Below, piece by piece: positions 25,737 through 38,800 of a DNA stretch of 64,000 nt; position 1 is the stretch's first letter, and each line of letters begins with the position of its first letter. The stretch lies in contig OZ024740.1 of the NCBI GenBank assembly GCA_964016885.1, forward strand, positions 416,330,001-416,394,000, in the 5' to 3' direction. The notes beneath the pieces are model-generated. The model was not told the origin of the DNA, made no database searches, and saw only the letters and a program-made list of their open reading frames with translations. The position numbers and the translations under genes were made by a program. The stretch comes from Eledone cirrhosa. Taxonomy: Eukaryota.

Positions 25737-27356
25737 CAGGGTGGAGCATAATTCCTGTTACAAGGTTTTAAATCATCACCACCATCATCATCATCATCAT
25801 CATCATTTAACGTCCGCTTTTTCCTGCTTGCAAGGGTGGGACGGGAACTGATTCTGGCTTGATTTCTACAGCTGGATGCCCTTCCTAACACCAACCTCAT
25901 TTACAGTGAGTGCTGGGTGCTTTTTTGCCGTGGCACCTCCACGACCACTTTGCAGTGGAATGATAGGGACCCCAGTCCCTATCATCTCATTTCTACAGCT
26001 GAGTAAACTGGAGCAATGTGAAATAAAGTGTCTTGCTCAAGGAAACAACACATCACCCGGTCTGAGAATTGAACTCAACCTTTCGATTGCAAGGCCAATG
26101 CTCTAACCACTAAGCCATGTGCCTCCACATCAATTTTAAAAATACATTATGTTGCTCATATAACTAATATATTTGTATCAAATCCATGCACTATAACCAT
26201 TTTTCAGAACATTATGCCATTAACAATTTGCAATATCCATAGAATTGAAAAGAAAGTTCATAATAGAGAAGCATCAAAAAAGCCTGACTCCACCTGAGAT
26301 ATTTAAACTGGGGAAAACTCTTAAGATCAATAGAATGTTGATCAAAAAGACAATCGATCAATTTAAGGAAACTTCCTCGACAAAAGTCAGACCTCGATCC
26401 GGACGCCCTCGCACCTCAAGAACACCAAAACTCGTTAAAAGTGTGAGGGAAAAAATAAGGCCTAATCCAAGAAGGTCCATGAGAAAAATGGCAGAAGAAG
26501 CAGAAACATCGCGGAGAACTATGTGGAGGATATGTCGAGATGATCTGGGGATGTCACCCTATAAGTTCCAAAAGAGGCAGCTTCTTTCTGCAGCCACAAT
26601 TGAAAAGAGGCTCTCCAGAAGTAAACTGTTATTGAACCGTATCAAGGATGGCACGCTGCAAAACATCATCTTTACAGATGAGAAGTTATTCACTGTGCAG
26701 CAGTCACACAATCATCAAAATGATCGAGTACTTGCAAAAAGTCTCAAATCAATTCCTTCAAGTGTAGGAAAAGTATTCAGAACACAGAAACCAGCATCAG
26801 TGATGGTTTGGGCAGCTATTTCTGAAAGAGGGAAGTCTCATCTGATTTTTGTGCCCCAAAGAGTTAAAATTAACAAAGAACTTTACATAAAGGTTATTTG
26901 GGAGGAGCACTGATGCCATGACGCACATCTGTTTATGGCGATGACATTTGGACTCTCCAAGAAGATGGAGTGATGAGCCACACTGCTCGCGTAACACAAC
27001 AGTGGTGTAGAGACCATTGTCCTGCATGGATCAGTAAGGAAGAGTGGCCTCCCACATCACCAGATCTCAACCCTCTTGATTTTTCTTTATGGTCAATTCT
27101 TGAGAGTGAAGCCTGCTCTACTCCTAGCCAAAATATTGAAACTCTAAAATCAAAACTGAAGAAAGTATGGGAGAAAATACCCATGGAAACTGTTCGTGCA
27201 GCCATCGAAGACTTCGAGCGGTAGTGAGAGCTAGAGGAAAGCATTTTGAATGAATTTTTGTGCATTTGTTTAATAGTATCAATCAGATCTTGAAATAAAT
27301 GTTTTTTTCAAGAACTATTTGCATTTTATTTTGTAACAGTTTTTATGCCCACCCTG
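25737..27356 (+). mobile_element. maT-family (DD37D) Tc1/mariner transposon with a frameshifted transposase
   Basis: TA-flanked TIRs (CAGGGTGGAGCATAATTCCTGTTACAA / TTGTAACAGTTTTTATGCCCACCCTG). ORFs 26245-26913 and 26970-27224 carry FTDEKLF, QEDG and SPDLNPLDF, with 37 residues between the 2nd and 3rd Asp (counted by hand). Confidence 0.9.
25772..26127 (-). mobile_element. Full tRNA-derived SINE with an RTE-type 3' tail, nested just inside the left TIR of the maT element
   Basis: The minus strand has head GGAGGCACATGGCTTAGTGGTTAG, B-box GAGTTCAATTC, core CCTTGAGCAAGACACTT, then GGTTGGTGTTAGGAAGGGCATCCAGCTGTAGAAA...GGACGTTAAA(TGA)n, matching the LINE tail. Confidence 0.88.
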
Positions 27357-27359
27357 TAT

Positions 27360-27686
27360 ATCATCATCATCATCATCATAGTTTAACGTCCATGTTCCAC
27401 GCTTGCATGGGTTTGGACGGGAGTTTTCCCACTTGAGGCAAGAGTGGTTGTCTTGCTCGCATAGGACTGTCTGGCGGGTTTTCTACAGCTGGATGCCCTT
27501 CCTAACACCAACCACATTTACAGTTGGGGCTGGGAGGTTTTTACCGTGTTGCCTACATGGCCACATTACAGCATGGACTGTCTGGCGGGTTTTCTACAGC
27601 TGGATGCCCTTCCTAACACCAACCACATTTACAGTGTGGGACTGGGAGGTTTTTACCGTGTTGCCTACACGGCCACATTACAGCAT
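27360..27686 (-). mobile_element. RTE 3'UTR-only insertion with an internal tandem duplication of about 110 bp
   Basis: The (CAT)n tail abuts the right TA of the maT element. GGACTGTCTGGCGGG...CACATTACAGCAT occurs twice (about 27464 and 27575). Confidence 0.88.
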
Positions 27687-28152
27687 ATATATATATATAT
27701 ATATATATATAAACAAGAAGTGTAAGTCAACAGGTTAAAATTAACTTCGTTTATTCATATTCGCTGTTATATATATTTCGGTGATAACCATTATTCAATA
27801 GCTAGAACAGACAGAAAAAACATAATGGTGGAACAAAATTTACCTCCGTTATTTCGGTCCTTTGATATGCCCAGTTCCGAAGTGTGGTGTTGTTTTCTCA
27901 AAGAACTGGTGGCATATGAGAAAACAACACCACATCAGTATGAGTGGCCAGTTAGGGCCAGTTTGAACAGAAAGAGGTGAGAGAATTCTGGCTGGATATG
28001 GCCGATTTAAATGCTAAAGGGATAAAGTAAAGACATTAACCACACAGCCATGTCTATGCCCTTATCAAACTTTACATGTCTCTTCCTGTAAAATTTACTC
28101 AGTCTTTATCTCTATGTAAGAAATATTGAATATTGTGTATAAATTAACTTAC

Positions 28153-28232
28153 CAATCCAATATTCAATTTGGTATTATTTATCATGTTTGTCTGAATAAA
28201 TGTAGATATGGGTATTCCAGTGCCACCCTTTT
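28153..28232 (-). CDS. Penultimate 80-nt exon of the LBP/BPI-family gene: (x)KGGTGIPISTFIQTNMINNTKLNIGL
   Basis: Acceptor TTTATTTTATTTCAG and perfect donor GTAAGT on the minus strand. Only one frame is stop-free (2 nt + 26 codons), and it ends in phase 0, matching the terminal exon. GIPI...NTKL resembles the GFPLP...NVVL segment of BPI/LBP. Confidence 0.75.
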
Positions 28233-28614
28233 CTGAAATAAAATAAACCAATAAGTCAGATTGTTACATATTTTATTCAAAGAAGTACTCTCCAGTCTCA
28301 AAGTCTAAAACAAGGATCAACAGCTCACTATATTCTATAATAAGAATTGTATTATGACCATTGCCAAATGACTTAACTCTCAATAAAAAAAGGTGACTGT
28401 TAACATAATGTACTCTCAGGTCTCAAATAACCCCTTAGCCCCCTCATCCCCACACTTTCATTTATCAGTTTTGTTTAACCCCCCACCCCCGCTCTAACCA
28501 CCCCACCCCAACCACCCGACTTATTAAATTTTGCTAATCTATCTCCAACGAAATTCTATTTTGAGTTGTAGCATTCCTGCGACAACTTTCTCTATACATT
28601 AACAAACATTATAT

Positions 28615-28805
28615 ATGGTGGATTGGCAGTATCAGTAGAGGGTCAGACGCCATGCTTTGATGTATAGAGTTATGGCCCTTGCCAGTCTGAGTTCAAATCC
28701 CGTTGAGATTAACATTGCCTTTCATCCTTACGGGGTTGATAAAATAAAGTACCAGTAATGCACTGGATAATTATTGGCCTTGTGCCAAAAGTAGAAACAA
28801 TTATA
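28615..28805 (+). mobile_element. tRNA-derived SINE
   Basis: TGGCAGTATCAGTAG head, B-box GAGTTCAAATCC, core GCCTTTCATCCTTACGGGGTTGATAAAATAAAGTACCAG, end GGCCTTGTGCCAAAAGTAGAAACAATTAT. Confidence 0.85.
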
Positions 28806-28999
28806 TATGACCAAAAAAAGTACATTACTAGAAATCCCATCATCATCATCATCATCATCGTTTTATGCCCATAAATATGTTATAAAATAAATAGGATGGG
28901 TTGGGGTCTCAATATGTAAACTAAACAACTAATTCTGGTTGTTAAAAAAAATCAATGGAGATGGCCAACAAAATGACTGATTTTCCAACTCCCCATCCA

Positions 29000-29272
29000 G
29001 CTTATCTACCCCCTGCATATTCCAACCCCTAGATATTCCACTCCCTGCTTATTCCACCCCCTACTTATTCCACCCCCAACATATTCCACCTCCTGCTTAT
29101 TCCACCCCCTACATATTCCACCCCCTACATATTCCAACCCCTACATATTCCAACCCCTACATATTCCAACACCTACATATTCCAACCCCTGCTTATTCCA
29201 ACCCTTACATATTCCACCCCCTACATATTCCAACCCCTACATATTCCACCCCCTGCTTATTCCAACCCTTAC
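29000..29272. repeat. 16-17-bp C-rich minisatellite (ACATATTCCAACCCCT)n
   Basis: About 16 degenerate copies, visible directly. Confidence 0.9.
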
Positions 29273-29469
29273 ACCCTCTATTGTTTAGGACCTAACAGTA
29301 ATTATAATTTATCAGCAATGAGGTATAATGGCTGCAACAAATTCATTTCATATTATTTGTCAATTTTATCATTTCTGTGTGTATATACACATTAGAACTC
29401 TTTAGAATATATAGTATTCTCTAAAGTATACATCAGCTGATTAGTGTGTAGCAGGAAAAGAGGACATAC

Positions 29470-29514
29470 ACAATCTTGACAAGGGGCAATAACCCTGAAA
29501 CAATTGTAGATTGT
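29470..29514 (+). ncRNA. Decayed minimal type I hammerhead ribozyme motif (Penelope/retrozyme style)
   Basis: ACAATC-tTGACaA-GGGG caataa CCCt-GAAA-CAATTG-TA-GATTGT gives stem I, the core, stem II, GAAA, a palindromic stem III, the GUA site and stem I'. Three transitions away from consensus. Confidence 0.6.
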
Positions 29515-29625
29515 TTCTCTCTACTACCACTAGAACAAAAGGATGACAATAGTCGTCTAAAACACATGGTGTTATGAGGCTGTTTGCTTGTAAATGAATC
29601 AAATATTAATGATATTATTATTCGA

Positions 29626-29819
29626 CAGGGTGGTGAATTGGTAGTATCAGTAGAGGGTCGGATGCCATGCTTTCCAGCATAGTTATGTCCCTTTACGGTC
29701 TGAGTTCAAATCCCGCCGAGGTTAACTTTGCCTTTCATCTTTACAGGGTCGATAAAATAAAGTACCAGTAATACACTGGGATAATTGCTGGCCTTGTGCC
29801 AAAAGTAAAAACAATTATT
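29626..29819 (+). mobile_element. tRNA-derived SINE whose 3' end runs directly into the 36-bp satellite
   Basis: Closely similar to 28615-28805. B-box GAGTTCAAATCCCGCCG. Ends AAAACAATTATT followed by AAAAGGCTATTACC. Confidence 0.88.
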
Positions 29820-32800
29820 AAAAGGCTATTACCATACTCATTACACTTTATCATTAAAAGGATATTACCATACTCATTACACTTTATCACTAAAAGGATA
29901 TTACCATACTCATTACACTTTATCACTAAAAGGCTATTACCATACTCATTACACTTTATCATTAAAAGGCTATTACCATACTCATTACACTTTATCACTA
30001 AAAGGATATTACCATTCTCATTACACTTTATCATTAAAAGGATATTACCATACTCATTACACTTTATCACTAAAAGGATATTACCATACTCATTACACTT
30101 TATCATTAAAAGGATATTACCATACTCATTACACTTTATCACTAAAAGGATATTACCATACTCATTACACTTTATCACTAAAAGGCTATTACCATACTCA
30201 TTACACTTTATCATTAAAAGGCTATTACCATACTCATTACACTTTATCACTAAAAGGATATTACCATACTCATTACACTTTATCATTAAAAGGATATTAC
30301 CATACTCATTACACTTTATCACTAAAAGGATATTACCATACTCATTACACTTTATCATTAAAAGGATATTACCATACTCATTACACTTTATCACTAAAAG
30401 GATATTACCATACTCATTACACTTTATCATTAAAAGGATATTACCATACTCATTACACTTTATCACTAAAAGGATATTACCATACTCATTACACTTTATC
30501 ACTAAAAGGATATTACCATACTCATTACATTTTATCACTAAAAGGATATTACCATACTCATTACACTTTAACACTAAAAGGATATTACCATACTCATTAC
30601 ACTTTATCACTAAAAGGATATTACCATACTCATTACACTTTATCACTAAAAGGATATTACCATACACATTACACTTTATCATTAAAAGGATATTACCATA
30701 CTCATTACACGTTATCATTTAAAGGATATTACCATACTCATTACACTTTATCATTAAAAGGATATTACCATACTCATTACACTTTATCATTAAAAGGATA
30801 TTACCATACTCATTACACGTTATCATTAAAAGGATATTACCATACTCATTACACTTTATCATTAAAAGGATATTACCATACTCATTACACGTTATCACTA
30901 AAAGGCTATTACCATACTCATTACACTTTATCACTAAAAGGATATTACCATACTCATTACACGTTATCACTAAAAGGATATTACCATACTCATTACACTT
31001 TATCACTAAAAGGATATTACCATACTCATTACACTTTATCATTAAAAGGATATTACCATACTCATTACACTTTATCACTAAAAGGATATTACCATACTCA
31101 TTACATTTTATCACTAAAAGGATATTACCATACTCATTACACTTTAACACTAAAAGGATATTACCATACTCATTACACTTTATCACTAAAAGGATATTAC
31201 CATACTCATTACACTTTATCACTAAAAGGATATTACCATACACATTACACTTTATCATTAAAAGGATATTACCATACTCATTACACGTTATCATTAAAAG
31301 GATATTACCATACTCATTACACTTTATCACTAAAAGGATATTACCATACTCATTACACTTTATCACTAAAAGGCTATTACCATACTCATTACACTTTATC
31401 ATTAAAAGGCTATTACCATACTCATTACACTTTATCACTAAAAGGATATTACCATTCTCATTACACTTTATCATTAAAAGGATATTACCATACTCATTAC
31501 ACTTTATCACTAAAAGGATATTACCATACTCATTACACTTTATCATTAAAAGGATATTACCATACTCATTACACTTTATCACTAAAAGGATATTACCATA
31601 CTCATTACACTTTATCACTAAAAGGCTATTACCATACTCATTACACTTTATCATTAAAAGGCTATTACCATACTCATTACACTTTATCACTAAAAGGATA
31701 TTACCATACTCATTACACTTTATCATTAAAAGGATATTACCATACTCATTACACTTTATCACTAAAAGGATATTACCATACTCATTACACTTTATCATTA
31801 AAAGGATATTACCATACTCATTACACTTTATCACTAAAAGGATATTACCATACTCATTACACTTTATCATTAAAAGGATATTACCATACTCATTACACTT
31901 TATCACTAAAAGGATATTACCATACTCATTACACTTTATCACTAAAAGGATATTACCATACTCATTACATTTTATCACTAAAAGGATATTACCATACTCA
32001 TTACACTTTAACACTAAAAGGATATTACCATACTCATTACACTTTATCACTAAAAGGATATTACCATACTCATTACACTTTATCACTAAAAGGATATTAC
32101 CATACACATTACACTTTATCATTAAAAGGATATTACCATACTCATTACACGTTATCATTTAAAGGATATTACCATACTCATTACACTTTATCATTAAAAG
32201 GATATTACCATACTCATTACACTTTATCATTAAAAGGATATTACCATACTCATTACACGTTATCATTAAAAGGATATTACCATACTCATTACACTTTATC
32301 ATTAAAAGGATATTACCATACTCATTACACGTTATCACTAAAAGGCTATTACCATACTCATTACACTTTATCACTAAAAGGATATTACCATACTCATTAC
32401 ACGTTATCACTAAAAGGATATTACCATACTCATTACACTTTATCACTAAAAGGATATTACCATACTCATTACACTTTATCATTAAAAGGATATTACCATA
32501 CTCATTACACTTTATCACTAAAAGGATATTACCATACTCATTACATTTTATCACTAAAAGGATATTACCATACTCATTACACTTTAACACTAAAAGGATA
32601 TTACCATACTCATTACACTTTATCACTAAAAGGATATTACCATACTCATTACACTTTATCACTAAAAGGATATTACCATACACATTACACTTTATCATTA
32701 AAAGGATATTACCATACTCATTACACGTTATCATTTAAAGGATATTACCATACTCATTACACTTTATCATTAAAAGGATATTACCATACTCATTACACTT

Positions 32801-35800
32801 TATCATTAAAAGGATATTACCATACTCATTACACGTTATCATTAAAAGGATATTACCATACTCATTACACTTTATCATTAAAAGGATATTACCATACTCA
32901 TTACACGTTATCACTAAAAGGCTATTACCATACTCATTACACTTTATCACTAAAAGGATATTACCATACTCATTACACGTTATCACTAAAAGGATATTAC
33001 CATACTCATTACACTTTATCACTAAAAGGATATTACCATACTCATTACACTTTATCATTAAAAGGATATTACCATACTCATTACACTTTATCATTAAAAG
33101 GATATTACCATACTCATTACACGTTATCATTAAAAGGATATTACCATACTCATTACACTTTATCATTAAAAGGATATTACCATACTCATTACACGTTATC
33201 ACTAAAAGGCTATTACCATACTCATTACACTTTATCACTAAAAGGATATTACCATACTCATTACACGTTATCACTAAAAGGATATTACCATACTCATTAC
33301 ACTTTATCACTAAAACGATATTACCATACTCATTACACTTTATCATTAAAAGGATATTACCATACTCATTACACTTTATGATTAAAAGGATATTACCATA
33401 CTCATTACACGTTATCATTAAAAGGATATTACCATACTCATTACACTTTATCACTAAAACGATATTACCATACTCATTACACGTTATCATTAAAAGGATA
33501 TTACCATACTCATTACACTTTATCACTAAAAGGATATTACCATACTCATTACACATTATCATTAAAAGGATATTACCATACGCATTACACTTTATCACTA
33601 AAAGGATATTACCATACTCATTACACGTTATCATTAAAAGGATATTACCATACTCATTACACTTTATCACTAAAAGGATATTACCATACTCATTACACTT
33701 TATCACTAAAAGGATATTACCAAACTCATTACACTTTATCACTAAAAGGATATTACCATACTCATTACACTTTATCATTAAAAGGCTATTACCATACTCA
33801 TTACACTTTATCATTAAAAGGATATTACCATACTCATTACACTTTATCATTAAAAGGATATTACCATACTCATTACACTTTATCATTAAAAGGATATTAC
33901 CATACTCATTACACTTTATCATTAAAAGGCTATTACCATACTCATTACACATTATCACTAAAAGGATATTACCATACTCATTACACTTTATCATTAAAAG
34001 GATATTACCATACTCATTACACTTTATCACTAAAAGGATATTACCATACTCATTACACTATATCATTAAAAGGATATTACCATACTCATTACACGTTATC
34101 ACTAAAAGGCTATTACCATACTCATTACACATTATCACTAAAAGGATATTACCATACTCATTACACTTTATCACTAAAAGGCTATTACCATACTCATTAC
34201 ACTTTATCACTAAAAGGATATTACCATACTCATTACACTTTATCACTAAAAGGATATTACCATACTCATTACACTTTATCATTAAAAGGCTATTACCATA
34301 CTCATTACACTTTATCACTAAAAGGATATTACCATACTCATTACACTTTATCATTAAAAGGATATTACCATACTCATTACACTTTATCACTAAAAGGATA
34401 TTACCATACTCATTACACTTTATCATTAAAAGGATATTACCATACTCATTACACTTTATCACTAAAAGGATATTACCATACTCATTACACTTTATCACTA
34501 AAAGGATATTACCATACTCATTACACTTTATCATTAAAAGGCTATTACCATACTCATTACACTTTATCACTAAAAGGATATTACCATACTCATTACACTT
34601 TATCATTAAAAGGATATTACCATACTCATTACACTTTATCACTAAAAGGATATTACCATACTCATTACACTTTATCATTAAAAGGATATTACCATACTCA
34701 TTACACTTTATCACTAAAAGGATATTACGATACTCATTACACTTTATCATTAAAAGGATATTACCATACTCATTACACTTTATCACTAAAAGGATATTAC
34801 CATACTCATTACACTTTATCACTAAAAGGATATTACCATACTCATTACACTTTATCACTAAAAGGATATTACCATACTCATTACACTTTAACACTAAAAG
34901 GATATTACCATACTCATTACACTTTATCATTAAAAGGATATTACCATACTCATTACACTTTATCACTAAAAGGATATTACCATACTCATTACACTTTATC
35001 ATTAAAAGGATATTACCATACTCATTACACGTTATCATTTAAAGGATATTACCATAATCATTACACTTTATCATTAAAAGGATATTACCATACTCATTAC
35101 ACTTTATCATTAAAAGGATATTACCATACTCATTACACGTTATCATTAAAAGGATATTACCATACTCATTACACTTTATCATTAAAAGGATATTACCATA
35201 CTCATTACACGTTATCACTAAAAGGCTATTACCATACTCATTACACTTTATCACTAAAAGGATATTACCATACTCATTACACGTTATCACTAAAAGGATA
35301 TTACCATACTCATTACACTTTATCACTAAAAGGATATTACCATACTCATTACACTTTATCATTAAAAGGATATTACCATACTCATTACACTTTATCATTA
35401 AAAGGCTATTACCATACTCATTACACTTTATGATTAAAAGGATATTACCATACTCATTACACGTTATCATTAAAAGGATATTACCATACTCATTACACTT
35501 TATCACTAAAACGATATTACCATACTCATTACACGTTATCATTAAAAGGATATTACCATACTCATTACACTTTATCACTAAAAGGATATTACCATACTCA
35601 TTACACATTATCATTAAAAGGATATTACCATACTCATTACACTTTATCACTAAAAGGATATTACCATACTCATTACACGTTATCATTAAAAGGATATTAC
35701 CATACTCATTACACTTTATCACTAAAAGGATATTACCATACTCATTACACTTTATCACTAAAAGGATATTACCAAACTCATTACACTTTATCACTAAAAG

Positions 35801-38800
35801 GATATTACCATACTCATTACACTTTATCATTAAAAGGCTATTACCATACTCATTACACTTTATCATTAAAAGGATATTACCATACTCATTACACTTTATC
35901 ATTAAAAGGATATTACCATACTCATTACACTTTATCATTAAAAGGATATTACCATACTCATTACACTTTATCATTAAAAGGCTATTACCATACTCATTAC
36001 ACATTATCACTAAAAGGATATTACCATACTCATTACACTTTATCATTAAAAGGATATTACCATACTCATTACACTTTATCACTAAAAGGATATTACCATA
36101 CTCATTACACTATATCATTAAAAGGATATTACCATACTCATTACACGTTATCACTAAAAGGCTATTACCATACTCATTACACATTATCACTAAAAGGATA
36201 TTACCATACTCATTACACTTTATCACTAAAAGGCTATTACCATACTCATTACACTTTATCACTAAAAGGATATTACCATACTCATTACACTTTATCACTA
36301 AAAGGATATTACCATACTCATTACACTTTATCATTAAAAGGCTATTACCATACTCATTACACTTTATCACTAAAAGGATATTACCATACTCATTACACTT
36401 TATCATTAAAAGGATATTACCATACTCATTACACTTTATCACTAAAAGGATATTACCATACTCATTACACTTTATCATTAAAAGGATATTACCATACTCA
36501 TTACACTTTATCACTAAAAGGATATTACCATACTCATTACACTTTATCACTAAAAGGATATTACCATACTCATTACACTTTATCATTAAAAGGATATTAC
36601 CATACTCATTACACTTTATCATTAAAAGGCTATTACCATACTCATTACACTTTATCACTAAAAGGATATGACCATACTCATTACACTTTATCACTAAAAG
36701 GATATTACCATACTCATTACACTTTATCATTAAAAGGATATTACCATACTCATTACACTTTATCACTAAAAGGATATTACCATACTCATTACACTTTATC
36801 ACTAAAAGGATATTACCATACTCATTACACTTTATCATTAAAAGGATATTACCATACTCATTACACTTTATCATTAAAAGGATATTACCATACTCATTAC
36901 ACTTTATCATTAAAAGGATATTACCATACTCATTACACTTTATCACTAAAAGGATATTACCATACTCATTACACTTTATCACTAAAAGGATATTACCATA
37001 CTCATTACACTTTATCATTAAAAGGCTATTACCATACTCATTACACTTTATCACTAAAAGGATATTACCATACTCATTACACTTTATCATTAAAAGGATA
37101 TTACCATACTCATTACACTTTATCACTAAAAGGATATTACCATACTCATTACACTTTATCATTAAAAGGATATTACCATACTCATTACACTTTATCACTA
37201 AAAGGATATTACCATACTCATTACACTTTATCATTAAAAGGATATTACCATACTCATTACACTTTATCATTAAAAGGCTATTACCATACTCATTACACTT
37301 TATCACTAAAAGGATATGACCATACTCATTACACTTTATCACTAAAAGGATATTACCATACTCATTACACTTTATCATTAAAAGGATATTACCATACTCA
37401 TTACACTTTATCACTAAAAGGATATTACCATACTCATTACACTTTATCACTAAAAGGATATTACCATACTCATTACACTTTATCATTAAAAGGATATTAC
37501 CATACTCATTACACTTTATCATTAAAAGGCTATTACCATACTCATTACACTTTATCACTAAAAGGATATTACCATACTCATTACACGTTATCATTAAAAT
37601 GATATTACCATACTCATTACACTTTATATTAAAAAGGATATTACCATACTCATAACACTTTATCACTAAAAGGATATTACCATACTCATTACACTTTATC
37701 ATTAAAAGGATATTACCATACTCATTACACTTTATCATTAAAAGGATATTACCATACTCATTACACTTTATCACTAAAAGGATATTACCATACTCATTAC
37801 ACGTTATCATTAAAAGGATATTACCATACTCATTACACTTTATCACTAAAAGGATATTACCATACTCATTACACTTTATCACTAAAAGGATATTACCATA
37901 CTCATTACACGTTATCATTAAAAGGATATTACCATACTCATTACACTTTATCATTAAAAGGCTATTACCATACTCATTACACTTTATCATTAAAAGGATA
38001 TTACCATACTCATTACACGTTATCATTAAAAGGCTATTACCATACTCATTACACTTTATCATTAAAAGGATATTACCATACTCATTACACGTTATCACTA
38101 AAAGGATATTACCATACTCATTACACGTTATCACTAAAAGGATATTACCATACTCATTACACGTTATCATTAAAAGGCTATTACCATACTCATTACACTT
38201 TATCATTAAAAGGATATTACCATACTCATTACACGTTATCACTAAAAGGATATTACCATACTCATTACACGTTATCACTAAAAGGATATTACCATACTCA
38301 TTACACTTTATCATTAAAAGGCTATTACCATACTCATTACACTTTATCATTAAAAGGATATTACCATACTCATTACACGTTATCACTAAAAGGATATTAC
38401 CATACTCATTACACTTTATCATTAAAAGGATATTACCATACTCATTACACTTTATCACTAAAAGGATATTACCATACTCATTACACTTTATCACTAAAAG
38501 GATATTACCATGCTCATTACACTTTATCATTAAAAGGATATTACCATACTCATTACACTTTATCAGTAAAAGGATATTACCATACTCATTACACTTTATC
38601 ACTAAAAGGATATTACCATACTCATTACACTTTATCACTAAAAGGATATTACCATACTCATTACACTTTATCACTAAAAGGATATTACCATACTCATTAC
38701 ACGTTATCATTAAAAGGATATTACCATACTCATTACACTTTATCATTAAAAGGATATTACCATACTCATTACACGTTATCATTAAAAGGCTATTACCATA

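Noticed and set aside
27745-27800. Possible second Penelope/hammerhead relic on the minus strand (TTGAATAATGGTTATCACCGAAA)
   Set aside because: The core is too degenerate and the stems are not convincing.
470-30680. Shared TACACATTACAC motif between variants of the 61-bp and 36-bp satellites
   Set aside because: A short, low-complexity A/C/T match that depends on a rare 36-mer variant. Not enough to claim common origin.
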